NCBI GenBank assembly: GCA_035259205.1
Contig: DATFWO010000099.1
Location: 812 to 64,811, forward strand
Direction of reading: 5' to 3'
DNA: 64,000 nucleotides
Origin: Burkholderiales bacterium
GTDB lineage: Bacteria > Pseudomonadota > Gammaproteobacteria > Burkholderiales > SG8-41
Below, piece by piece: positions 45,580 through 52,719 of this stretch. Each line of letters starts with the position of its first letter. Position 1 is the first letter of the stretch. The position numbers and the translations under genes were made by a program. Below the pieces are notes generated by a model that saw nothing but the letters and a program-made list of their open reading frames with translations, did not search any database and was not told the DNA's origin.

Positions 45580-46767
45580 TCAGAATACGTCAACTGTCGG
45601 GAAGTGCGGTTCCCCCGTGATGCAATCCCAGAGATAGATCGCCAACCCGACGTCGCCGGTCCATAGCGAGAAGCGGCCCCTCCCCAGCTCGGCGCGCGCC
45701 TCGCGGCACTGCGCGATCGCCGTCATCGCGAACGCGCGGGCGCGCTCCAGCCAGATCGAATCGCCCGTCCTGCCATGAAGCTTGAGGAAAGCGTATCCAT
45801 TGCCGCCGGTGCCGTGGCAGAGGTTCGACCCCTTGGCGAGGGGCCCGGCTGACCAGGTGAACGTGCCGCCTTCGACGAGTAGCGCATCAAGCTCGGGCGA
45901 CGCGAACGGCGTGTCGGCGAACGTCGTCACCATGCCTGGCGCGCCGTGACAATGCTGACAAAGGGCCGGCGGGTTCGTCCGCGTCGCGACCGGACGCCAC
46001 GTCGCGCCGAGCTCGGACCGGTACGCCGTCGCGGCCAGCGTGCGGGGCACGGCGCCGGCGACCGTTGCGCGCTGGGAGGCCGTCAGCCATTCCCAGCCCC
46101 TGAGCAGCGGAATCATGTTGCCCGCGTATCCGTGCACGGGCCCGAGCCAGGGCTGCACGTTGCCGTAGAGGTCCACGTTCCACAACGGGCCGAGGACCGT
46201 CTCCTCGAGGTCGTCGAGCAGGCGCGCGGCCTGCGCTGAGAACAGGTGGCGCCACAGCGGCTCGTGCGTCATCGCGTGCATGTGGATGCAGGCCAGCATC
46301 GAGCCCGACAGCCCCCACATCAGCTCACGGATCGGCAGCGCGGCGTTCCTCGCGCAGCGCTCGTATACGAGGTCGGCGATCTCCGCCGACCCGCCGATTC
46401 GCATGGCGACGAGCGCGGTGCCCAGGTCGCCGAGCAGGAAGGCGCCGTGCGCCGCGTAGTCTCCCCGGGTAGAGAGTTCGGCGGCGCCGACCTCGAGCAA
46501 CCGCGGCAGGACGGGACCGAAGTCCAGGCGCGGGTGCGTCACGCCCGAGCGCGCGAGATAGTCGAGCCCCCAGATCACGCCCGCGGCCCCGACCCAGAGG
46601 TTCGCCATCCCGTCCGGCAGTCCATCCTCGCGGGGGTGCGACGGCCAGAGGCGCTCGGCGTCGAAGTGCGCAAGCGCATCCGCAACGATCTCCTCGATCG
46701 CCGCGGACGCATCGACCGGGCTCCACGGGGTCGACCGCAACGGGACGTGCCGGGAGGGGTCGATCAT
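45580..46767 (-). CDS. LanC-like (lanthionine synthetase C-like) protein, stand-alone
   Basis: 395 aa alpha-toroid-like repeat pattern with G-rich repeats. Zn-ligand-type motifs CQHCHGAPG and NLCHGTGGNGYAF, plus SLWTGDVG near the C-terminus. Confidence 0.75.
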   Translation of the reverse strand: MIDPSRHVPLRSTPWSPVDASAAIEEIVADALAHFDAERLWPSHPREDGLPDGMANLWVGAAGVIWGLDYLARSGVTHPRLDFGPVLPRLLEVGAAELSTRGDYAAHGAFLLGDLGTALVAMRIGGSAEIADLVYERCARNAALPIRELMWGLSGSMLACIHMHAMTHEPLWRHLFSAQAARLLDDLEETVLGPLWNVDLYGNVQPWLGPVHGYAGNMIPLLRGWEWLTASQRATVAGAVPRTLAATAYRSELGATWRPVATRTNPPALCQHCHGAPGMVTTFADTPFASPELDALLVEGGTFTWSAGPLAKGSNLCHGTGGNGYAFLKLHGRTGDSIWLERARAFAMTAIAQCREARAELGRGRFSLWTGDVGLAIYLWDCITGEPHFPTVDVF

Positions 46768-46798
46768 CGGGCCTCGCTGCCCCGCAACCTGAAAAATG

Positions 46799-46878
46799 GT
46801 GATGAAGGACAGTAATGAATACTGGTGACGTACATCATCATTTTCTCATCACTTCTTCTCAGCACCAGTTCTCATCGC
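46799..46878. repeat. Mirror 13-bp-period arrays (GTGATGA type / TCATCAC type)
   Basis: gtgatga at 46799, gtaatga at 46812, gtgacg at 46825. Then catcatc, tcatcac, tcagcac and tcatcgc at about 46833, 46846, 46859 and 46872. Confidence 0.7.
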
Positions 46879-46886
46879 GCCCCGAC

Positions 46887-47131
46887 CAGCTGACCGGGTC
46901 CTGTCGGAACGACCGGCGCCTGCCTCCGATTCTCCCAGCGTACCTGCAAGAAGGATTTGGCCGTCGCGTTTTCATGAGATCGTACCGAGCTCGGGAGAAT
47001 CGGATCAGTCACCGGCCATTCCGCCACCCGGCCGCTGTTCGGAGACTGGACTGCCCGCGAAACCATATTTCTTAAAGTGGGCCCGCCAGCCCTCCCCATC
47101 CGCCCCAGCAAGGACAGGACCCGGCCAGCTG
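46887..47131. repeat. MITE-like element bounded by 19-bp imperfect terminal inverted repeats
   Basis: cagctgaccgggtcctgtc (46887-46905) versus the reverse complement of gacaggacccggccagctg (47113-47131), 18/19 match. Internal perfect 11-bp inverted repeat ccgattctccc / gggagaatcgg (46926-46936 / 46993-47003). No ORF with coding character inside. Confidence 0.6.
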
Positions 47132-47161
47132 CGAGGCCGCAGTTCGGGTCTGTGCGAAGAT

Positions 47162-48190
47162 ATGCGGATGACACTAAATAAGCCACGACAGCGCGTGGGT
47201 CGCCTGGGATTCTTCACGCGCTTGCTCGATCAGGCGCCCCCTGCAGAGCGCTATCGCCTGGCCACCGAGCAGATCACGCATGCCGAGCGCCTGGGCTTCG
47301 ATGCGGCCTGGGTCGCCCAGCACCATTTCCACGAACCCGAGGGCGGGCTGCCGGCGCCCTTCATCTTCCTGGCGCAGATCGCCGCGCGGACCTCGCGCAT
47401 CCGGCTGGGGACCGCGATCATCACCCTGCCGCTGGAGCTGCCGATCCGGGTGGCCGAAGATGCGTCGGTGCTCGATATCATGTCGGGCGGGCGCCTCGAG
47501 GTCGGCGTGGCGCCGGGCGGCAACTTGAACAGCTATACCGCCTTCGGCCTGGACAGCAAAGACCGTCACACCCTGATGGTCCATCACCTCGATATGATGC
47601 GCGATGCCTGGACCGGACGCGCGCTGCCCGGCGGGGACAATCTCTATCCCGTGAACCCGACGCTCGCCGACCGCATCTGGCAGGCGACCTTCAATCTCGA
47701 CGGTGCGCAGCGCGCCGGGCGCGCCGGCGATGGCCTGATGCTGTCGCGCAACCAGCCCCGTGAGTTTGGCCCGGGACGACTGACGCTGGACCAGATCCAG
47801 AACCCGTTGATAGACGCCTATCTGGAAGCGCTGCCTCCAGGCCGGGAGCCGCGCATCCTCGCTTCGCGCACGGTGTTCGTGGCCGACGATCGCAAGGAGG
47901 CGCTGCGATTCTGCGAAGCCGGCTTTTGCGCCTACGGTGCGAGGCGGGCCGGCATGAGGCGCATGCCGCCGGGCGCTTCTCTCGAGGAAACCGTCGTCGC
48001 GCTCGACATCCACACCGGCACCCCCGAGGAAGTCATCGCCTCGCTGCAGGCCGACACCGCGCTGGCGCGTGCGACCGACTGGAGCGTGCAGGTGCATTCG
48101 ATCGATCCGCCGCACCCTCACATCCTGCGCTCGATCGAGCTGATGGCCCAGGTCGTGGCGCCGGCCCTCGGCTGGCAGCCGGCCCTGTAA
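47162..48190 (+). CDS. LLM class flavin-dependent oxidoreductase (luciferase-like monooxygenase)
   Basis: 342 aa. AERLGFDAAWVAQHHF and RLGTAIITLP motifs of luciferase-like monooxygenases. Start could be the second ATG at 47168. Confidence 0.8.
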   Translation: MRMTLNKPRQRVGRLGFFTRLLDQAPPAERYRLATEQITHAERLGFDAAWVAQHHFHEPEGGLPAPFIFLAQIAARTSRIRLGTAIITLPLELPIRVAEDASVLDIMSGGRLEVGVAPGGNLNSYTAFGLDSKDRHTLMVHHLDMMRDAWTGRALPGGDNLYPVNPTLADRIWQATFNLDGAQRAGRAGDGLMLSRNQPREFGPGRLTLDQIQNPLIDAYLEALPPGREPRILASRTVFVADDRKEALRFCEAGFCAYGARRAGMRRMPPGASLEETVVALDIHTGTPEEVIASLQADTALARATDWSVQVHSIDPPHPHILRSIELMAQVVAPALGWQPAL

Positions 48191-48300
48191 GGCAAGGAGG
48201 AAGGCAGAAGGCGGAAGGAGGAAGTAACGGCCGGCGTCGTCACTGTGGAACTCGTCACCGCGCAGTCGTAACTGCAACGCTCATCACCGCGAAGCCGCGA
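48189..48300. repeat. Purine-rich heptamer array (AAGGNNG) followed by 14-15-bp-period CGTCAC array
   Basis: aaggcag aaggcgg aaggagg aagtaac at 48201-48228, with looser units from 48189. cgtcac, cgtcac, cgtaac and catcac at 48238, 48253, 48267 and 48282. Confidence 0.7.
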
Positions 48301-48312
48301 AAGGAAAAGACC

Positions 48313-49164
48313 ATGGCTCTCAAGTATCCGCTGGTGCACGTCGACGATGTCCGTCCCGAGAACATGAAGGAAGGCGAGGGCTGGGCGATTTCCGAGTTCC
48401 GGCTGCCGATCTCGGGGCGGAATGGCAGCTCCACGACCGTTTTCCACTCTATTTTTCGGCCGGGGTCCAGGCACGCCAAGCATCTGCACAGCCGCTGCGA
48501 CGAGATCGCCGTCTATCTCAAGGGTCATGGCGTCGTCGGGCAGGGAGCGGAGCGCACGGAAGTCCGCGGAGGTCACTGCCGCCTGATGCCCAGGGGCTCC
48601 GAGCACTTCTTCTTCAACGAGACGAAGGACGAGGAAGCGCTCGTCATCGGCTTTTACGTAGGCGCAAGGAGCGTCGCGGACACCGGCTATGAGTTTCGCG
48701 GCAACGTGACGGAGGCGGACATCGGCATGCCGCGCCGCCAAACGTTCAGCGAGGGAATTCTCATCCATATCGACGACGTGAACCCGGCTCGGATGAATGT
48801 GAAGGAGGGCTGGAGCATCACCGACTTCCGCATGCCGATCGGCCGCCACAACGGTAGCTCGAGCACGCTCTTCTGGGGAACATTCCTGCCCGGCGCGGTC
48901 CACAAGAAGCACCGGCACGAAAACTGCGAGGAGGTCTACTACGTCATCCGCGGTCACGGCATGGCAGGAGCCGGCCCGGACCGCTCCGCAGTCCGCGGCG
49001 GCCACGTCCACTACATTCCCAAGGGCGTGGAGCACTTTCTCTACAACCTGAGCCCGACCGAGCCGCTCGAAGTGATCGGCGTCTACACAGGGGCGGGCAG
49101 CGTCGAAGAAACCGGCTACGTCTATTCGGGCGACGTGACCGACGCTGATCTCCACGCGCCCTAG
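48313..49164 (+). CDS. Bicupin protein (two cupin_2 domains)
   Basis: Start trimmed to MALKYPLVHVDD (ATG after aaggaaaag). Two homologous halves, each with H.H....E..Y...G and G...Y.P.G..H motifs. The 129 upstream codons of the ORF are Arg-rich extension across the spacer repeats. Confidence 0.75.
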   Translation: MALKYPLVHVDDVRPENMKEGEGWAISEFRLPISGRNGSSTTVFHSIFRPGSRHAKHLHSRCDEIAVYLKGHGVVGQGAERTEVRGGHCRLMPRGSEHFFFNETKDEEALVIGFYVGARSVADTGYEFRGNVTEADIGMPRRQTFSEGILIHIDDVNPARMNVKEGWSITDFRMPIGRHNGSSSTLFWGTFLPGAVHKKHRHENCEEVYYVIRGHGMAGAGPDRSAVRGGHVHYIPKGVEHFLYNLSPTEPLEVIGVYTGAGSVEETGYVYSGDVTDADLHAP

Positions 49165-49225
49165 ACGCGAGGCCGGAAACGACGCCCTTTCGCCGTAGCC
49201 TTCAAAACAGGCCCGGACTGCTGTG

Positions 49226-49690
49226 TCACGCGACCTTTGAGCCCTCTGAAGACTGTCGCGGGACCATCAGGACGGCCGCGATGACGAGAACGACGAGCAC
49301 GGGCATGACGTATTCGAGAAATACCTGCGCCACCCCGCCCGCCGTTCCCTTCTCCTGAAACATGCTGGCGCTCACGAGCCACAGCATGCTGTAGTACGAG
49401 GAAAGCGCGGCCAGAAACGAGTCGGTCGTCATGGTGGTCATGCGGAGGACACGAATGACGTAAAGCAACAGATAAATCGACGAAGCCAGTAGCACGGCGG
49501 CACGCCAGTACTTGAAATTGAAAACCACTGCCGCGCATGCGACCACGCCGCAAAGAGCCGCAATCTGCACCGAGGCGAGGTAATTGGGGTAGTACAGAAA
49601 GGCGGCGCACAGTATGAACATCAACCATGTAGCAACCGCCAGTGCTCCCGGTACGGTGGCGAGAGGGTGTTTTTGAGTGTATTCGGGCAT
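49226..49690 (-). CDS. Hypothetical integral membrane protein
   Basis: Start trimmed to MPEYTQKHP (gggagaaac SD). Four or five hydrophobic helices. No family recognised. Confidence 0.55.
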   Translation of the reverse strand: MPEYTQKHPLATVPGALAVATWLMFILCAAFLYYPNYLASVQIAALCGVVACAAVVFNFKYWRAAVLLASSIYLLLYVIRVLRMTTMTTDSFLAALSSYYSMLWLVSASMFQEKGTAGGVAQVFLEYVMPVLVVLVIAAVLMVPRQSSEGSKVA

Positions 49691-49705
49691 GTTGTTTCTC
49701 CCAAT

Positions 49706-49758
49706 GTAACTGACTCTGATGAATGTGACTGTCTCATCAGTCACGCCGCACCAGTCAC
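49706..49758. repeat. GTGACTG / CAGTCAC palindromic units
   Basis: gtaactg at 49706 and gtgactg at 49725. cagtcac at 49738 and 49752. 49725-49744 is a perfect 7-bp stem with a 6-nt loop. The last unit overlaps the stop of the hydrolase gene. Confidence 0.75.
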
Positions 49759-50639
49759 TTCTTTTGAATCCTTGATCGCGGGTCGCGCGGCCGCCAGCGT
49801 CCGGAGTCCACCAGGGTCAGGAACTCGTCGGTGATCTGATTGAACAGGCCGGGTTCCTCGATGTTCACGACGTGACCGGTGGCCGCCACCACCGTCAGGC
49901 GAGCCGCGGGACAGGTGCGCTTGATGAACAGACCGGGATCGAGGGAGCTTTCGTCCTCGTCCCCGACGATCACGTGGGTCGGCACTTTCATGCGCGCAAG
50001 CTGACGCGCGAAGCTGTAGAGCACCGGGCGGCGCATCTGTACGCCACGCAGGGTATTTGCCTGGCCGCGTGGCGAATGCTCGGCGAATCGCATCAGGAAC
50101 TCCCGGAAGCCGCGCGGATCCTTGTTGTCGAGCTGTATGCGGTTGGGAGCGTTCTTGTATCCCTTGAGCGCCCAGGCCAGACCTTCGTTCTCGAAACGGC
50201 GTGCCGAAGCTGCGCTGGACTTGATGAACGCGGCCCGCCTGCCGGGATCCGAGCCGGCGCCGGCGCCGACCGACGTAAGAGAAAGCGCCCGCCGCGGGTA
50301 GCGCAGGCCGAACTGGAGCGTGGCGTAAGCACCCATCGAGCAGCCGATAATATGGGCTCTCGCGATTCCCAGATGCCGCATCACGCTGGCGATGTCATCC
50401 GCGGCCCCCGTATAGGAATACCTGGACGCCGAGGCGGGAATCTCGGAAGGAGGGTAGCCGCGGGCGTTGTATGCGATGCAGCGGTAGCGCCGGCTGAAAT
50501 AGCGCATCTGCGCCTCCCAGCTGCGGAAATCGCCCGAAAATTCGTGCACGAACACAATCGCCGTGCCGCGCCCCGCTTCCTCGTAGTAGAGGCGCACTCC
50601 GTTCGAATCGGCGTATGGCACTGTTCCTCCATCAGTCAC
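49755..50639 (-). CDS. Alpha/beta hydrolase, paralog 1 of second tandem pair
   Basis: 294 aa. HEF...RSW and the GCSMGAY nucleophile elbow. GTG start overlaps the stop of the upstream paralog (GTGA). Confidence 0.8.
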   Translation of the reverse strand: MTDGGTVPYADSNGVRLYYEEAGRGTAIVFVHEFSGDFRSWEAQMRYFSRRYRCIAYNARGYPPSEIPASASRYSYTGAADDIASVMRHLGIARAHIIGCSMGAYATLQFGLRYPRRALSLTSVGAGAGSDPGRRAAFIKSSAASARRFENEGLAWALKGYKNAPNRIQLDNKDPRGFREFLMRFAEHSPRGQANTLRGVQMRRPVLYSFARQLARMKVPTHVIVGDEDESSLDPGLFIKRTCPAARLTVVAATGHVVNIEEPGLFNQITDEFLTLVDSGRWRPRDPRSRIQKK

Positions 50640-51517
50640 TTCGTTCGAGCCATGGTGGATGGGTTGTAGGAGCGCGGATCGCGCGGGCGCCAGCGGCCCG
50701 AGTCCACCAGCGCGAGGAAATCATCGGTAATGCGGTTGAAGAAATCAGGCTCTTCGATGTTCACCGCGTGACCGGTACCCGGCACTACCGTGAGCCTTGC
50801 GGCAGGGCAGGTGCGCTTGATGAATATCCCCGGTTCCAGGCAGTTGTTGTCTTCGTCGCCCGTTATGATGTGCGTGGGCACTTTCATGCGCGCCAGACCG
50901 CGCTCCAGGCTGTAGATCGTCGGCCGGCGCGCCTGCACGCCGCGCAGCGTATTCGCGCAGCCCAGTGCCGGATGCTCCGCGAACTGCGCGCAGAATTCCC
51001 TGAACGCCCGCGGATCCTTGTTCTGCAGCTGCACCCGGGCCGGCCCGATCTGATAGACCTTGATGGCTTCGGGCGTGTCCAGTTCATCGAATCGGCGCGC
51101 CATTACCTCGGTATCCCGCAGAAACTGCCGGCGCTTGTCCGGGTCGGAGCCGTAGCCTGCGCCGATGACGGTGAGCGAGCTGGCCATGCGCGCATGGCGC
51201 AATCCGAAGTGCAGCGTCGCGTACCCTCCCATCGAGCAGCCTATGATGTGCGCCTTGCGGACGCCTGACTGGCGCATGACCGCCGCAATGTCGTCCGTGG
51301 CGATCGCCTGCGAATAGGCGGAGACCCGCTTTGGCACGTCCGACGGCGGGTAGCCCCGCGCGTTGAAGGCGATGCAGCGGTAGCGCCGGCTGAAATGGCG
51401 CAGCTGCGCCTCCCAGCTTCGAAGATCGTCGGCGAACTCGTGAACGAACACAATGCTTGTTCCACGGCCCGCTTCCTCGTAATAGAGCTTCACTCCATTG
51501 GACGTCGCGTACGGCAC
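50636..51517 (-). CDS. Alpha/beta hydrolase, paralog 2 of second tandem pair
   Basis: 293 aa. Long identical runs with 49755-50639 (LYYEEAGRGT, SRRYRCIA, IIGCSMG, KRTCPAARLTVV, LVDSGRWRPRDPRS). GTG start after gaggaggag. Confidence 0.8.
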   Translation of the reverse strand: MPYATSNGVKLYYEEAGRGTSIVFVHEFADDLRSWEAQLRHFSRRYRCIAFNARGYPPSDVPKRVSAYSQAIATDDIAAVMRQSGVRKAHIIGCSMGGYATLHFGLRHARMASSLTVIGAGYGSDPDKRRQFLRDTEVMARRFDELDTPEAIKVYQIGPARVQLQNKDPRAFREFCAQFAEHPALGCANTLRGVQARRPTIYSLERGLARMKVPTHIITGDEDNNCLEPGIFIKRTCPAARLTVVPGTGHAVNIEEPDFFNRITDDFLALVDSGRWRPRDPRSYNPSTMARTK

Positions 51518-51536
51518 TTCGCTCCTCCTCGTGAGG

Positions 51537-51680
51537 CGTGACTACTAAAACGTGACTGATACAGCGTGACTGATGAATCGTGACTGTTAATGCGTGGTCT
51601 TCTGGGGGCGCTCTTTCAGATACGTTACACCAGTCACGCCGTTTCAGTCACGTGGCACCAGTCACGCATCAACAGTCACG
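51537..51680. repeat. Mirror-symmetric array: 5 x CGTGACTG then 5 x CAGTCACG, exact 14-bp period
   Basis: Direct units at 51537, 51551, 51565, 51579 and 51593 (degenerate). Inverted units at 51617 (degenerate), 51631, 51645, 51659 and 51673. The 16-nt centre is 51601-51616. The 6-nt inter-core segments are not complementary between arms. Confidence 0.9.
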
Positions 51681-51687
51681 CACCATC

Positions 51688-52608
51688 TCACAGGGTTGGC
51701 TCGCGGCGTGCGAGCTCGGCCTCGTGGGAGATGCGGATTCCGATCAGCACCACGATCCCTCCCGCGATCTCGATGGCGCCCAGGGTTTCACCGAGCAACA
51801 CCCAGGCGAGCGCCGCTGCCGTCACGGGCTGCAGCAACAGTCCTATCGAAGAAAAGGTCGCGGGCAGGTGCGCCATGGCGTGGGCGATGAGGCTTTGTCC
51901 CGCGACCTGGGAGATCAGCGCCAGCCCGAAGAGCTTCACCCAGCCCATGGCCGTCACCGGCAGGATCTGTTCGCCCGAAAGAAGAGCAACCGGCAGGAGA
52001 GCCACGGCGGTGACGAGGCTGCTCCACGCCATGATGCTGGAAGTGGCGGCGCGGCTGCGCAAGCGCGTTACCGTGAGCTGGTATGCGGCGTAAAACATCG
52101 CCGTCACCACGCCCAGGCAGTCTCCGACTAGTGCTTTGCCGGAAAGGCGGAAATCACCGCCAAGCAGCGCAGACGTCCCTCCGAGCGCCGCGGCGAGGCC
52201 GGTGAGGAACAGGCCTCCGGGGCGCCGCCCGTACAGCATCCATACCGCCAGCGTGACGAAGATAGGCGCGATGTTTGCCAGCAGCGTCGCGTTCGCGATA
52301 CTCGTGAGCACGATAGACCAGTGCCACACGGCAAGATCGCCCGCGAAGAACAGTCCAGCCGCGATCATCAGCGGTCGCTCGCGCACGAAGCTCTCACGGT
52401 GATCGCCGCGCCGGCCGATCACTGCCCACGTCCACAGCAAAGGCAGCGCCAGGGTCACGCGCCAGAACCCCGTCGCCACCGGTCCGGCCTCGCTTACCCT
52501 GACGAAGAGCGCGGAAGTCGCGATCGCGACCGCCCCTGCAAAGAGAGCGAGCAGCGCCGCGGTCCGGGCGCGCTCGCCGCCGCCGGATGGCGATTGGGTC
52601 TTCACCAT
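51688..52608 (-). CDS. DMT family transporter (EamA-like)
   Basis: 306 aa, ten hydrophobic segments arranged as two EamA-type halves. Confidence 0.8.
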   Translation of the reverse strand: MVKTQSPSGGGERARTAALLALFAGAVAIATSALFVRVSEAGPVATGFWRVTLALPLLWTWAVIGRRGDHRESFVRERPLMIAAGLFFAGDLAVWHWSIVLTSIANATLLANIAPIFVTLAVWMLYGRRPGGLFLTGLAAALGGTSALLGGDFRLSGKALVGDCLGVVTAMFYAAYQLTVTRLRSRAATSSIMAWSSLVTAVALLPVALLSGEQILPVTAMGWVKLFGLALISQVAGQSLIAHAMAHLPATFSSIGLLLQPVTAAALAWVLLGETLGAIEIAGGIVVLIGIRISHEAELARREPTL

Positions 52609-52618
52609 GGCGATAGGA

Positions 52619-52716
52619 CGCGACTGGTGAAGCGTGACTGGTACGACGTGACTGATATAACGTGACTGCTGTGGCGTTCTTGTCGCACCCGTTGCCTGCT
52701 AAGCCCGATCAGTCAC
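52619..52716. repeat. 14-bp-period array, core CGTGACTG (4 units) plus one distal inverted unit
   Basis: cgcgactg at 52619, then cgtgactg at 52633, 52647 and 52661. Single cagtcac at 52710-52716. Confidence 0.85.
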
Positions 52717-52719
52717 TGT

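Noticed and set aside
46815-47075. 86-aa ORF upstream of the LanC-like gene, considered as a possible lanthipeptide precursor.
   Set aside because: It runs across the mirror array and the MITE-like element, has no leader/core-like organisation or Cys/Ser/Thr-rich C-terminus, lacks an SD, and is divergent from the LanC-like gene.
51537-51680. Possibility that the periodic arrays are miniature CRISPR arrays.
   Set aside because: The conserved units are only 7-9 bp with 5-7 bp variable parts, far below CRISPR repeat and spacer sizes. The arrays are mirror-symmetric. No cas genes or leader are present.
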